From the NCBI GenBank assembly GCA_963725745.1, contig CAVRZS010000003.1, forward strand, positions 428,260 through 492,259: 64,000 nucleotides of DNA, in the 5' to 3' direction. The notes below the pieces were generated by a model. That model saw nothing but the letters and a program-made list of their open reading frames with translations. It made no database searches and was not told the origin of the DNA. The position numbers were made by a program, and so were the translations under genes. The stretch comes from an uncultured Chloroflexia bacterium (GTDB lineage Bacteria > Chloroflexota > Limnocylindria > Limnocylindrales > CSP1-4). Of this stretch, positions 54,397 to 63,509 are shown piece after piece (the stretch's first letter is position 1; each line of letters opens with the position of its first letter).

Positions 54397-57069
54397 ATGC
54401 CCAGGACCAACGCATTCGGCGCCCGAGCCACGCTCGGCAGCGGCCTTCCCGACATCTATCGCCTGTCGACGCTGGCCGGCTCGGGAATCGCCCTCGGCGT
54501 GGACCTCGGCCGCGCACCGGTCACGCTCAAGATCCTGCTCGAGAACGCGCTCCGCAACGCCGGTGGCGGCATCGTGCGCGAGGAGGACGTTACGGCCCTC
54601 GGGGCCTGGCGCCCGGGCGGAGCCGGCGAGGCGGAGATCCCGTTCATGCCGGGCCGGGTGGTGCTCCAGGACTTCACGGGCGTGCCGGCCGTCGTCGACC
54701 TCGCCGCGATGCGCGACGCGATGGCCGACCTCGGCGGCGATCCAGGGCGGGTCAATCCGCTGGTGCCGGCCGACCTCGTGATCGACCACTCGGTGCAGAT
54801 CGACGCCTGGGGCGGCGCCGGGTCGTTCGCGATCAACGTCGAGCGCGAGTACGAGCGCAACGGCGAGCGGTACCAGCTGCTGCGCTGGGCCCAGACGGCG
54901 TTCCGCGACCTGCGCGTGGTCCCGCCCGGCACGGGCATCATCCACCAGGTCAACCTGGAGTTCCTGGCGACGGTCGTCGCCGACCGGGAGGACGCGGACG
55001 GCCGGGTCGCGTACCCGGACACGCTGGTCGGGACCGACTCCCACACGACGATGGTCAACGGCCTGGGCGTCCTGGGCTACGGCGTCGGGGGGATCGAGGC
55101 CGAGGCCGTCCTCCTGGGCCAGCCCCTGTACCAGCCGATGCCGCGCATCGTCGGCGTCCGCCTGAGGGGCGAGCTGCCGACCGCCTCGACCGCGACCGAC
55201 CTCGTGCTGGTGATCACGGAGATGCTGCGGTCGTTCGGCGTCGTCGGGTCGTTCGTCGAGTTCGCGGGCGACGGCCTCGCCGGCCTGTCGCTGGCCGATC
55301 GGGCGACGATCTCCAACATGAGCCCGGAGTTCGGCGCGACGGCGACCCTGTTCCCGATCGACGACGAGACCCTCGGCTACCTCCGGCTGACCGGACGGAC
55401 CGTCGCACGCGTCGACCTCGTCGAGCGCTACGCGAAGGCCCAGGGCCTGTGGCGGGAGCCGGGCAACGGGCCCGAGTTCGACGTCGCGCTCGAGCTGGAC
55501 CTCTCGACCGTCGAGCCGTCGCTGGCGGGTCCGCGCCGGCCCCAGGACCGGGTCGCGCTCCCGGACCTCGCCGCCAACTTCCGGACCGCCTTCCCGCAGA
55601 CCGAGGGCGTCGCCCGGCGACACATCGCCGACGCGCCCGATGCGCCGCCGTTCGGGCACGGCTCGGTCGCGATCGCGGCGATCACCTCGTGCACCAACAC
55701 CTCCAACCCGACCGTGATGGTGGGCGCAGGCCTGCTCGCGCGCAACGCCGTCGACCGCGGCCTGCGCGTCTCGCCGACGGTCAAGACGTCCCTCGCGCCG
55801 GGGTCCAAGGCGGTCACCGGCTACCTCGAGCGTGCCGGGCTGATGGCGCCCCTGGACGCCCTCGGGTTCGCGCTCGCGGGCTACGGATGCACGACCTGCA
55901 TCGGGAACTCGGGGCCGCTCGCCGAACCGGTCGCCGCCGCGATCGAGTCCGATGAGCTGATCGTGGCCGCCGTCCTGTCGGGCAACCGCAACTTCGAGGG
56001 CCGGATCCATCCCCTGGTCCGCGCCTCGTACCTCGCCTCGCCCCCGCTGGTCGTCGCGTTCGCCCTCGCGGGCCGGGTCGACATCGACCTCACGACCGAG
56101 CCGCTGGGCCATGGCGACGACGGCCGCCCGGTCATGCTGGCCGACATCTGGCCGACGCCGGCCGAGATCCGCGAGGTCATCGCGGGTTCCATCGACCCGG
56201 AGCTGTTCCGCGAGACCTACGCCTCAGTGTTCGAGGGCGACGAGCGCTGGACGGCGCTGCCGATCCCGTCGGGTGACCGGTACGCCTGGGACGCGGCCTC
56301 CACCTATATCGCCCGGCCGCCGTTCTTCGACGGGCTCACGGCCGACCCGGTCCCGCTCACGGACATCGAGGGGGCGCGGGTGCTCGCGCTGCTCGGCGAC
56401 TCGGTCACGACCGACCACATCAGCCCGGCCGGCTCGATCGCGGCCTGGTCGCCCGCCGGCGAGTGGCTCCAGGCGCACGGCGTGGGCCCGCTCGAGTTCA
56501 ACTCGTACGGCGCGCGGCGCGGCCATCACGAGGTGATGATGCGCGGCACCTTCGGCAACATCCGCCTGCGCAACCAGCTTGCGGACGGTCGCGAGGGCCC
56601 GTACACCCGCCACCTGCCCGGCGGCGAGGAGGCGTTCATCTACGACGCGGCGATGCGCTACCGCGCCGAGGGCGTGCCCCTGCTGGTGATCGCCGGCCGC
56701 GAGTACGGATCCGGTTCGTCGCGCGACTGGGCCGCCAAGGGAACGGCACTGCTCGGGATCCGAGCGGTGATCGCGGAGACCTACGAGCGGATCCACCGAT
56801 CCAACCTCGTCGGGATGGGCGTCCTGCCCCTGCAGTTCCTGCCCGGCGAGAGCGCGGCATCCCTGGGACTCAGCGGCCGGGAGGCGTACTCGATCCACGG
56901 GATCGCGACCATCGGGCCGCGCCAGGAGGTCGTGGTCTCTGCCCGCGGCGACGACGGCGCGGAGCGCCGCTTCCGGGCGATCGCACGGCTCGATGGGCCG
57001 ATCGAGGTGGACTATCTGCGCCAGGGCGGGATCCTGCCGGCCGTGCTGCGTCGCCTCGCGCGCGACTGA
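54397..57069 (+). CDS. acnA: Aconitate hydratase A
   Basis: ATG 54397 after GAAGGAGGA. 890 aa with QDFTGVPAVVDLAAMR, TDSHTTM, ITSCTNTSNP, GCTTCIGNSGPL, SGNRNFEGR, YGSGSSRDWAAKG. Confidence 0.95.
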   Translation: MPRTNAFGARATLGSGLPDIYRLSTLAGSGIALGVDLGRAPVTLKILLENALRNAGGGIVREEDVTALGAWRPGGAGEAEIPFMPGRVVLQDFTGVPAVVDLAAMRDAMADLGGDPGRVNPLVPADLVIDHSVQIDAWGGAGSFAINVEREYERNGERYQLLRWAQTAFRDLRVVPPGTGIIHQVNLEFLATVVADREDADGRVAYPDTLVGTDSHTTMVNGLGVLGYGVGGIEAEAVLLGQPLYQPMPRIVGVRLRGELPTASTATDLVLVITEMLRSFGVVGSFVEFAGDGLAGLSLADRATISNMSPEFGATATLFPIDDETLGYLRLTGRTVARVDLVERYAKAQGLWREPGNGPEFDVALELDLSTVEPSLAGPRRPQDRVALPDLAANFRTAFPQTEGVARRHIADAPDAPPFGHGSVAIAAITSCTNTSNPTVMVGAGLLARNAVDRGLRVSPTVKTSLAPGSKAVTGYLERAGLMAPLDALGFALAGYGCTTCIGNSGPLAEPVAAAIESDELIVAAVLSGNRNFEGRIHPLVRASYLASPPLVVAFALAGRVDIDLTTEPLGHGDDGRPVMLADIWPTPAEIREVIAGSIDPELFRETYASVFEGDERWTALPIPSGDRYAWDAASTYIARPPFFDGLTADPVPLTDIEGARVLALLGDSVTTDHISPAGSIAAWSPAGEWLQAHGVGPLEFNSYGARRGHHEVMMRGTFGNIRLRNQLADGREGPYTRHLPGGEEAFIYDAAMRYRAEGVPLLVIAGREYGSGSSRDWAAKGTALLGIRAVIAETYERIHRSNLVGMGVLPLQFLPGESAASLGLSGREAYSIHGIATIGPRQEVVVSARGDDGAERRFRAIARLDGPIEVDYLRQGGILPAVLRRLARD

Positions 57070-57083
57070 ACCCCCAGGACGGC

Positions 57084-57114
57084 GTGAAGCCCCCGGCGGT
57101 GCCGGAGGCTTCAC
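57084..57114. terminator. Extended GC hairpin between convergent acnA and the downstream minus-strand gene
   Basis: GTGAAGCC-c-CCGGC-ggt-GCCGG-a-GGCTTCAC, 15 nt after the acnA stop. Confidence 0.45.
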
Positions 57115-57207
57115 GTGACCAGGACCCTCGACGGGCGGGGAGGAGACCGCACCTTCCGAGGGAGCTTCCGTCGTGCGACGGCGTGCCCCCGCGAGGTGTG
57201 ACGCCGG

Positions 57208-57663
57208 TCAGCGGGAAGTTTTCCGATCCCGCCGCATGGCCCGGAGGTTGAGCGCGAGGCCCACCACCAGGGCGGTCCCCGCGACCGCCGGAATCAGCCG
57301 GCTGACCGCGTCGGGCAGGAACAGGTCGGTGACGGATCCGTCCTCCGCACCCAGCTCCTCGGCCAGCGTCGTGAGCGGGCAGACGCGGTTGTTGCTGGCA
57401 TACACGACGGACTCGGCGATCGCGATGGCGGCCGCGGCGGCCGTGCGCCCGCGCGGATCGCGGCGTGCCCCGTCCCAGGCGACCGCGGCGACCAGCCCGG
57501 CGATCGAGACGAAGATCGCGGTGTGGATCGCCTTGATCGCCCTCAACGTCGGCTGGCGCCGGTCGGGCGACACCCGGGCGGCCAGCCCGTGGGTGATGAG
57601 CCCGCTCCAGACCGGCTGCCTGGCCCGCCGCTCCTGCCCATGGCCGGCGTCGGTGATCACGAT
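57208..57663 (-). CDS. Small integral membrane protein (CPLT motif), family uncertain; start uncertain
   Basis: The C-terminal part of tracked ORF 57208..58014 reads LRAIKAIHTAIFVSIAGLVAAVAW...AAIAIAESVVYASNNRVCPLTTLAEELG...LIPAVAGTALVVGLALNL. The upstream part of that ORF is Arg-rich and overlaps the next gene. Confidence 0.4.
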   Translation of the reverse strand: MVITDAGHGQERRARQPVWSGLITHGLAARVSPDRRQPTLRAIKAIHTAIFVSIAGLVAAVAWDGARRDPRGRTAAAAAIAIAESVVYASNNRVCPLTTLAEELGAEDGSVTDLFLPDAVSRLIPAVAGTALVVGLALNLRAMRRDRKTSR

Positions 57664-57829
57664 CCGGTAGGGGCGTGCGAGGGGGTCCCGTGGCGGCGCG
57701 GCTCGACGATCGCGACGCGGGCCGCCAGCAGGAGCGCACCGCCGGCAAGGAGGTCCGTCGTCGTCGCGGGCGCGGCGACCGACGTCCGGGGGTGCGTGAC
57801 CGTGGTGCTCACGAGGCTGCCGCGTCGGG

Positions 57830-58165
57830 TCAGGCGACCAGCGTTGAGAGGCGCTTCGCCAGGGACGTGCTGTCGGTCGGGTCGACCGCATCGACGTCGA
57901 CCAGGCGGTCGGGGTGCTGGAAGACCGCGACGTATTCGCGCTCGAGGGCCAGGCGCGGAGAGCTCGGCCCGAGGAACATGACGCGCTGACGATCCCCGAT
58001 CGCCCGCACGACACGCACCAGGTAGGAGGTCTCGGGCTCGACGCCGCGGATGACGTCGACGGTCATGACCTTGCCGTCGAGATCGGTGCGCGCGACCAGC
58101 GCGTGGCTCGTGTTGAGCCAGACGGCGGCACTGGTGGGTAGCGGCTGAACGGTCTGGGTGGTCAT
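57830..58165 (-). CDS. Hypothetical protein (111 aa)
   Basis: ATG 58165 preceded by AAGGAGGT 9 nt upstream. MTTQTVQPLPTSAAVWLNTSHALVARTDLDGKVMTVDVIRG... I recognise no family. Confidence 0.5.
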   Translation of the reverse strand: MTTQTVQPLPTSAAVWLNTSHALVARTDLDGKVMTVDVIRGVEPETSYLVRVVRAIGDRQRVMFLGPSSPRLALEREYVAVFQHPDRLVDVDAVDPTDSTSLAKRLSTLVA

Positions 58166-58279
58166 GTCCGGGTTACCTCCTTGACCATCCCAGCCTAGGC
58201 TCGCGGACACCCGGCGCCCAGTTGCCGATCGGCCCGCGGGGAGGGGCCATCTGACCCGAAGGAGGCAGGCAGGGCGCCG

Positions 58280-59440
58280 CTACACCCGGCCCTTGGGGAC
58301 CGTGTGCCAGTACGTCTTGTTGAACACGATCTTGCCCAGGTGCCAGATGCGGTTGGGCCGGGGCGGCCGGGGCGGATGCTCGTAGTCGAACTGGAGCAGG
58401 GTGCCCTTGCCATCGCCGATCTCGAAGAAGCACATCACCTTGCCCAGGTAGTCGCCGTGGCGGTGGTCCACCTCGCGACCCTCGATCGCGGCGACGATCC
58501 GCTCGGTGACGACCGGCGCCTCGAAGTGGGCGGTGGAGCCCGCCTTGGACAGCGGCAGGTCGGTCGCGTCGCCCAGGGCGTAGACGTCGGGCCGGCCCCC
58601 GACCTGGAGCGTGGCGCGGTCCGTGGGCAGCCAGCCGCCGGGTGCCGGGGCCAGCCCCGAGTCGATCAGGAACTGCTGGCCCTTGTGGGGCGGCACGAGG
58701 ATGAGCAGGTCGTAGGGCAGCGCCTCGCCCTCGAGGCTCAGGACGACCTTGCGCCCGGGATCGATCGCCTCGACGTTGAAGAAGGTATGGAGCTCGATCC
58801 CCTTGTGCTCGAGGATCGGCGTCGCCATGTCCGAGACGCTCTGGATCGTGAACGCGCGCCCGATCGGCGAGCAGTAGTCGATCGTCGACCGCTCCCGCAG
58901 ACCGCGAGACCGCAGCTCGGCCTCGATCAGGAACGCGACCTCGAGCGGCGCCGGCGGGCACTTGTAGGGCATGCCGGCGATGCCGATCACGATCCGGCCG
59001 CCGGCGAACCGGTCGAGGGCGCGCCGCAGCTCGAGCGCCGCGTCGGCGGTGTAGAAGTGCTGGGCCTGGGTGTCGAAATGCTCGATCGCCTCGGGCACGA
59101 TCCGCGACCCGGTGGCGAGGACCAGCTGGTCGTAGGGCAGCAGCCGGCCGTCGCCGAGGGTGACGATGCGCGTGGCGGCGTCGACGAAGGCGACCTCGCC
59201 GACCACGAGGTGGACGCGCTTGTCGAGCAGCGAGCGCTCCGGGCGCTGCAGCCGCTCGGCCCGCTCGCCGCCCATCGCGATGTACATGAAGCCCGGCTGG
59301 TACGTGTGCTGGCCAGTCTGATCGACGACCGTGATGGTCAGCTCCCCGGCCTTCAACTGGCGGCGCAGCTTCTTGACGAGGAGATTGGCGGTCAGGGTGC
59401 CCCCGACGCCACCGCCGAGGATGAGGATGTTCGCCATCAC
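58280..59440 (-). CDS. sqr: Sulfide:quinone oxidoreductase-family FAD flavoprotein
   Basis: MMANILILGGGVGGTLTA (FAD fold), MPYKCPPAPLE, GDATDLP, KVMCFFEIG. It sits in the context of TusA/DsrE genes. Confidence 0.7.
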   Translation of the reverse strand: MMANILILGGGVGGTLTANLLVKKLRRQLKAGELTITVVDQTGQHTYQPGFMYIAMGGERAERLQRPERSLLDKRVHLVVGEVAFVDAATRIVTLGDGRLLPYDQLVLATGSRIVPEAIEHFDTQAQHFYTADAALELRRALDRFAGGRIVIGIAGMPYKCPPAPLEVAFLIEAELRSRGLRERSTIDYCSPIGRAFTIQSVSDMATPILEHKGIELHTFFNVEAIDPGRKVVLSLEGEALPYDLLILVPPHKGQQFLIDSGLAPAPGGWLPTDRATLQVGGRPDVYALGDATDLPLSKAGSTAHFEAPVVTERIVAAIEGREVDHRHGDYLGKVMCFFEIGDGKGTLLQFDYEHPPRPPRPNRIWHLGKIVFNKTYWHTVPKGRV

Positions 59441-59447
59441 CGGCTCC

Positions 59448-59693
59448 TTAGCGGCGCTTCTCGACGACGATCTCGTCGTAGCCGTCGCGGGCGTCGAGCG
59501 ACACCAGGCGGTGGCCCGCCTTCTCGACCCACTTGGGGATGTCGGTCCTGGAGCCCGAGTCGGTGGAGTAGACGGCGATCACGGCGCCGACCTCGGACTC
59601 GCGGATGGCCCGGATCAGCTCCATCAGCGGGCCCGGGCAGAAGCTGCCCCGGGCGTCGACGATGCGCACGGTGGGGGTCGCGGTCTCGGTCAT
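59448..59693 (-). CDS. tusA: TusA/SirA-family sulfur carrier protein
   Basis: ATG 59693: MTETATPTVRIVDARGSFCPGPLMELIRAIRE... (CPxP motif). Confidence 0.85.
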   Translation of the reverse strand: MTETATPTVRIVDARGSFCPGPLMELIRAIRESEVGAVIAVYSTDSGSRTDIPKWVEKAGHRLVSLDARDGYDEIVVEKRR

Positions 59694-59707
59694 CGGGGAT
59701 ACCTGCA

Positions 59708-60301
59708 CTAGATGAACAGCGGGGTGGAATCGCCGGTGAGGAGGCCGATGACCGTCGCGGCGCCGGCGGGCTCGCCCATGCCCTCGATCATGTCCTCGGG
59801 CCGGAGGCCGAACATGTCCATGGTCATCTGGCACGGGATGAACTCGACGCCCATGGCCTGGGCGGCCTCGAGCAGCTCCTTGGGGCTGGCGACGCCGTAC
59901 TGCCGGGCGAGGCGGCCCATCATCCACGGGCCCATGCCCAGGAAGTTCATCTTCGAGAGCTTGCGGTGGCTGATGCCGGGCCGCTGCATCGCGGCCAGCA
60001 GCTTCTGCATCCAGGTGCGGCCGGTGATCCGCTTGGAGTCCTTGACGAACACCTGGAGGCCCCAGAACGTCACGAACACCCGCGTCCGGACGCCCATCGC
60101 GGCGCTCGTCGAGGCCAGGATCATCGTCGCCCAGACCTTCTCGAGGTCGCCGCTGTAGTCGATGATCAGGAGCTCCTTCGCCCGGACGCCGCCATCGGCG
60201 AGGGGGTCGGGAGCCGGTGACAGGTCGCGCCCGGGCGCCGGCTCGACGGCCTCGATGGCGGCCTCGACCGGGTCGCCCCCAACCAGTGTCTCGGTGGTCA
60301 T
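59708..60301 (-). CDS. DsrE/DsrF/DrsH-like (DsrE2-type) protein
   Basis: LLIIDYSGDLEKVWATMILASTSAAMGVRTRVFVTFWGL...LSKMNFLGMGPWMM...EFIPCQMTMDMFG. Confidence 0.75.
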   Translation of the reverse strand: MTTETLVGGDPVEAAIEAVEPAPGRDLSPAPDPLADGGVRAKELLIIDYSGDLEKVWATMILASTSAAMGVRTRVFVTFWGLQVFVKDSKRITGRTWMQKLLAAMQRPGISHRKLSKMNFLGMGPWMMGRLARQYGVASPKELLEAAQAMGVEFIPCQMTMDMFGLRPEDMIEGMGEPAGAATVIGLLTGDSTPLFI

Positions 60302-60308
60302 GGGTGCC

Positions 60309-60545
60309 TCACTTCCTGCGGATGACGAAGCGGTACAGCGCGCCGTCCGAGGACTGGTCGACGAGCTCGTTGCCGGTCGCGCGACACCACGCCGCGACGT
60401 CCTTGGTCGAGCCCTGGTCCGTGGCCAGCAGCTCGACCGCCGCCCCGCCGGGCAGGGTCTTCATGGCCTGGGCGAGCTTGACGATCGGCATCGGGCAGGC
60501 GAGCCCCCGGGCGTCCACCCAGTCGGTGACCTCGATGACAGGCAT
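60309..60545 (-). CDS. tusA: TusA/SirA-family sulfur carrier protein (second copy)
   Basis: ATG 60545 after AAGGAGAA. MPVIEVTDWVDARGLACPMPIVKLAQAMKTL... Confidence 0.85.
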   Translation of the reverse strand: MPVIEVTDWVDARGLACPMPIVKLAQAMKTLPGGAAVELLATDQGSTKDVAAWCRATGNELVDQSSDGALYRFVIRRK

Positions 60546-60571
60546 GGCCGTTCTCCTTGCGGACTTGGGGG

Positions 60572-60985
60572 TCAGATGAACACGACCTGGCCGTCGCCCG
60601 CGTTGAGGTAGAACGCGGTGACGCCCTCGACCCCGTCCACGAGCGGATCGAGATCGGTCGATTCGAGACGGAGCAGGTCCATCGACAGGCTGCACGCCTG
60701 GATGTCGACCGCGCCCAGGTCCTTGGCCTGGCGCAGGGTGTCGGCCCACGTTGCCTGACCCGCCTCGGCGAGGGCATCGACGGCGGCGCGGCCGGCCACG
60801 CCGGCCTCGGGCGCGAGCCCGTGGTCCGCGTGGATCCTGTTGGCGCGGAACGCGTCCAACGCCCAGTACTGGAGGAAGATGTTGACGGGCTTGCCCAGCG
60901 CGGCGGCACCGGCCGCGAGCACGGCGGCCGCCTGGAGCTTGTCGTCCGTGCCCGAGAACAGGACCAGGTTGAGCGGCTCGTCCAT
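60572..60985 (-). CDS. DsrE-family protein
   Basis: ATG 60985: MDEPLNLVLFSGTDDKLQAAAVLAAGAAALGKPVNIFLQYWAL...IQACSLSMDLL... Confidence 0.65.
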   Translation of the reverse strand: MDEPLNLVLFSGTDDKLQAAAVLAAGAAALGKPVNIFLQYWALDAFRANRIHADHGLAPEAGVAGRAAVDALAEAGQATWADTLRQAKDLGAVDIQACSLSMDLLRLESTDLDPLVDGVEGVTAFYLNAGDGQVVFI

Positions 60986-61219
60986 GGTGGCGTCCCTTGG
61001 TGCCGGGGCGGGCGTGGCGGCCCGCGACCCTGGGGCCAACGGTCGGGGTTCGTCCGAGATCGCGAGTAGTGCCGGCAGACCCTCCTCGGAAGGGCTGGAG
61101 GTCCCGATCGACGACGACCCGGGCCGTCAGGTCCGCCGGTGACGGGCCGGGCGGCACTGGTGCCGGGTGGTCACGCGGCCGACGTTAACCGCGACAGCAC
61201 CAGCACGAGGACCGAGGCC

Positions 61220-61669
61220 ATGACGGCAAATGCCACGAGCTCCGAGGTCCTGCGTTCGTTCATGCAGCACGAGCACACGGATCTCCACGCAGGGATCGAA
61301 CGGATCCACGAGACCGCCTGTGACCTCGCGTCGATCCCGGCGGACCGGCTGTCGCCGCGTATTGCCGGGATCGTGCACTGGATCGAGCACACGCTCAAGC
61401 CGCACATGACCTGGGAGGAGACGTGGCTCCTGCCAGAGGTCGACCGCTACGCCGACACGCCCTGGCTGGCGAGGCTCGTGCGCTTCGACCATCGCCAGAT
61501 CGCGCGCCGGGCAGAGGCGGTGAGCCAGGATCGCGTCCGGCTGGAACACGGTCCGGAGTCCCGGGCCACGAGCGAGGCCCGGTGCGACCTGTTCGCCCTG
61601 GAAGCGCTCCTGCGCGCGCATCTGGAGCGCGAGGAGCGGTTCCTGTTGCCGCTGCTCGGCGGGGACTGA
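61220..61669 (+). CDS. Hemerythrin HHE cation-binding domain protein
   Basis: ATG 61220. FMQHEHTDLHAGIERIHE...WIEHTLKPHMTWEETWLLPEV...FDHRQI...LRAHLEREERFLLPLL. Confidence 0.7.
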   Translation: MTANATSSEVLRSFMQHEHTDLHAGIERIHETACDLASIPADRLSPRIAGIVHWIEHTLKPHMTWEETWLLPEVDRYADTPWLARLVRFDHRQIARRAEAVSQDRVRLEHGPESRATSEARCDLFALEALLRAHLEREERFLLPLLGGD

Positions 61670-61679
61670 GGAGCACGCC

Positions 61680-62408
61680 GTGCAGGCACATGACGCCACC
61701 GAGATGGCCGGGCCCGACGGGCGCCCGTCCCTCGGCGTCCCCGACCCGGCCGCCAAGCTCCAGGACTGGGGCTTTCTGGCCAACCCGGATCTCCCCGATC
61801 GCCCGGGCCCGGCCTTCCTGCTGGTCGCGCTCCGAAGCGAGCCGACCCTCCGTCACTACGACCCCGAGTCGATCGATTACTGGGTCACGCGCGAGACGCG
61901 GGGCCGGCGTCGCCGGCTGTCGCGCAACACGCCGATGCCCCTGTCCGAGCCGTACTCGTGGGGCATGATCCGGCTCGTCGACCGGATCCACGTCTCGAAC
62001 GAGTACCTGACCTTCGGCGGCCGGCTGGACGCCGCGATGATCGACGGCGCGGTCGTCGCCGTGTTCACCTCGCCGGTGCCGCTCCTCCGGCGCGGCGGGC
62101 ATTCGCAGGGGTGGGACGCGGGGGCCGACATGGTCGGCGCCTTCTTCGGCCGCCTGATGGTCGCGGTCGACTTCGCGCCGGGGTTCGAGGCGCTGCTGGC
62201 CGACGCCAGCCCGATGACGCGCTACGCGGCGTTCGTTCGTGATGCGCTCGATCGCCACCCGCCGCGCGGCACGACCGATGGCGACCGCGGCCTAGCCCTG
62301 CTCATCCGGGGTGAGGCGCGACGCCTGTGCTCCGATGAGCCGGAGGCCTGGGAGGCCGGGGAGCGACTCCTGGAGCCCGTCGAACGGTCGACGGCGAAGG
62401 CCGGTTGA
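61680..62408 (+). CDS. Hypothetical protein (242 aa), no recognised domain
   Basis: An ORF with protein-like composition, 10 nt after the hemerythrin stop. GTG start. Confidence 0.5.
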   Translation: MQAHDATEMAGPDGRPSLGVPDPAAKLQDWGFLANPDLPDRPGPAFLLVALRSEPTLRHYDPESIDYWVTRETRGRRRRLSRNTPMPLSEPYSWGMIRLVDRIHVSNEYLTFGGRLDAAMIDGAVVAVFTSPVPLLRRGGHSQGWDAGADMVGAFFGRLMVAVDFAPGFEALLADASPMTRYAAFVRDALDRHPPRGTTDGDRGLALLIRGEARRLCSDEPEAWEAGERLLEPVERSTAKAG

Positions 62409-62509
62409 CGACCGCGGCCACGGGCCGTCGGTCACCACTCGATCGGGACGGGTGGCACGTGCCGATGGCGCGTCGCCGACCGAGCATCGTGAGGAAGGAG
62501 GCCGCTGCC

Positions 62510-63500
62510 ATGAGGGCGCTGCTCGCGATCGATGGCTCCCGGGAATCCGAGGTCGCCCTGGAAACGGCGGCGAGCCTCGTGTGGCCGCCGGATTCGCGGC
62601 TCGAGATCGTCACCGTCGTGCCCCCCGACCTGGACCTGTTCGGGGGGCCCTGGATCACCCCGTCGACGCCCACGCTGCCGCTTGCTCGGGACGAGATGCA
62701 TGACGACCGCCAGCGGCTGGTCGACGAGGCCGCGAGCCTCCTGCGCCGCCCGGGCCTGACGGTGGTTGGCAGCGTGCTCGAGGGCCGAGCGGCGTCCATG
62801 ATCACCGGCCACGCCCGTCGGTCCGGATCCGAGCTCGTCATCGTCGGGGCGCGCGGCCACGGGACCCTCGAGCGGACGCTGCTGGGGTGCGTGTCCGCCG
62901 AGGTCATGGAGCATGCGTCACTGCCCCGTGCTCGTCGCGCGGCGCACGACGGCCTGGCGCATCCTGCTCGCCACGGACGGCTCCCCCGATGCGGACCTCG
63001 CCGTGGGGCTCGTGGCCGACGCCGGGATCTTCCGCTACGGCACCGCTCGCGTCCTCAACGTGATCGACCTGCCGGCCGCCTGGTGGCTCGGGTTCGGTGA
63101 CACCGCGGCCACGGTCGACGCGTATGAATCGCTCGGCGGGGCTGCGCGCGCCCACGGACGGCAGGTGGCCGAGGATGCCGTCCAGCGGCTGCGGTCCGCG
63201 GGGATCGAGGCCGACGGCACGGTGTGCCAGGGCCCGCCGCCCGCCGAGATCATCGACCAGGCGACGGCGTGGGGCGCCGACGTCATCGTCGTGGGCACGC
63301 GAGGACACGGCCTCCTGCAACGCCTGGTCGTCGGCAGCACCGCGCGGACGGTGGTCCTGCACGCGCCGATGTCCGTCCTCGTGGTTCGCCCCACACCCGT
63401 CGCACCCGGGCCGCGTCGCGGTCACGCCGTGCGTGTCGCCGACGAGCTCGGCTCCAGGGAGCGCCTGTCGGGGCGCCAGCGCATGCCGGTCCCCGCGTAG
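62510..63500 (+). CDS. Tandem universal stress protein (two UspA domains); 1-nt insertion frame shift near 62917-62922
   Basis: ATG 62510 after GAGGAAGGAG. MRALLAIDGS...LVIVGARGHGTLERTLLGCVSAEVMEHAS | CPVLVARR...ILLATDGS...VIVVGTRGHGLLQRLVVGSTARTVVLHAPMSVLVVR. The two halves are in ORFs 62405..63100 and 62913..63500. Confidence 0.8.
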
Positions 63501-63509
63501 GCTTCGTTG

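Noticed and set aside
61150-61166. Palindrome GGCAC-TG-GTGCC between dsrE and the hemerythrin gene as an operator
   Set aside because: It is a single short palindrome in GC-rich DNA, with no regulator nearby and no second copy seen. It is not distinguishable from chance.
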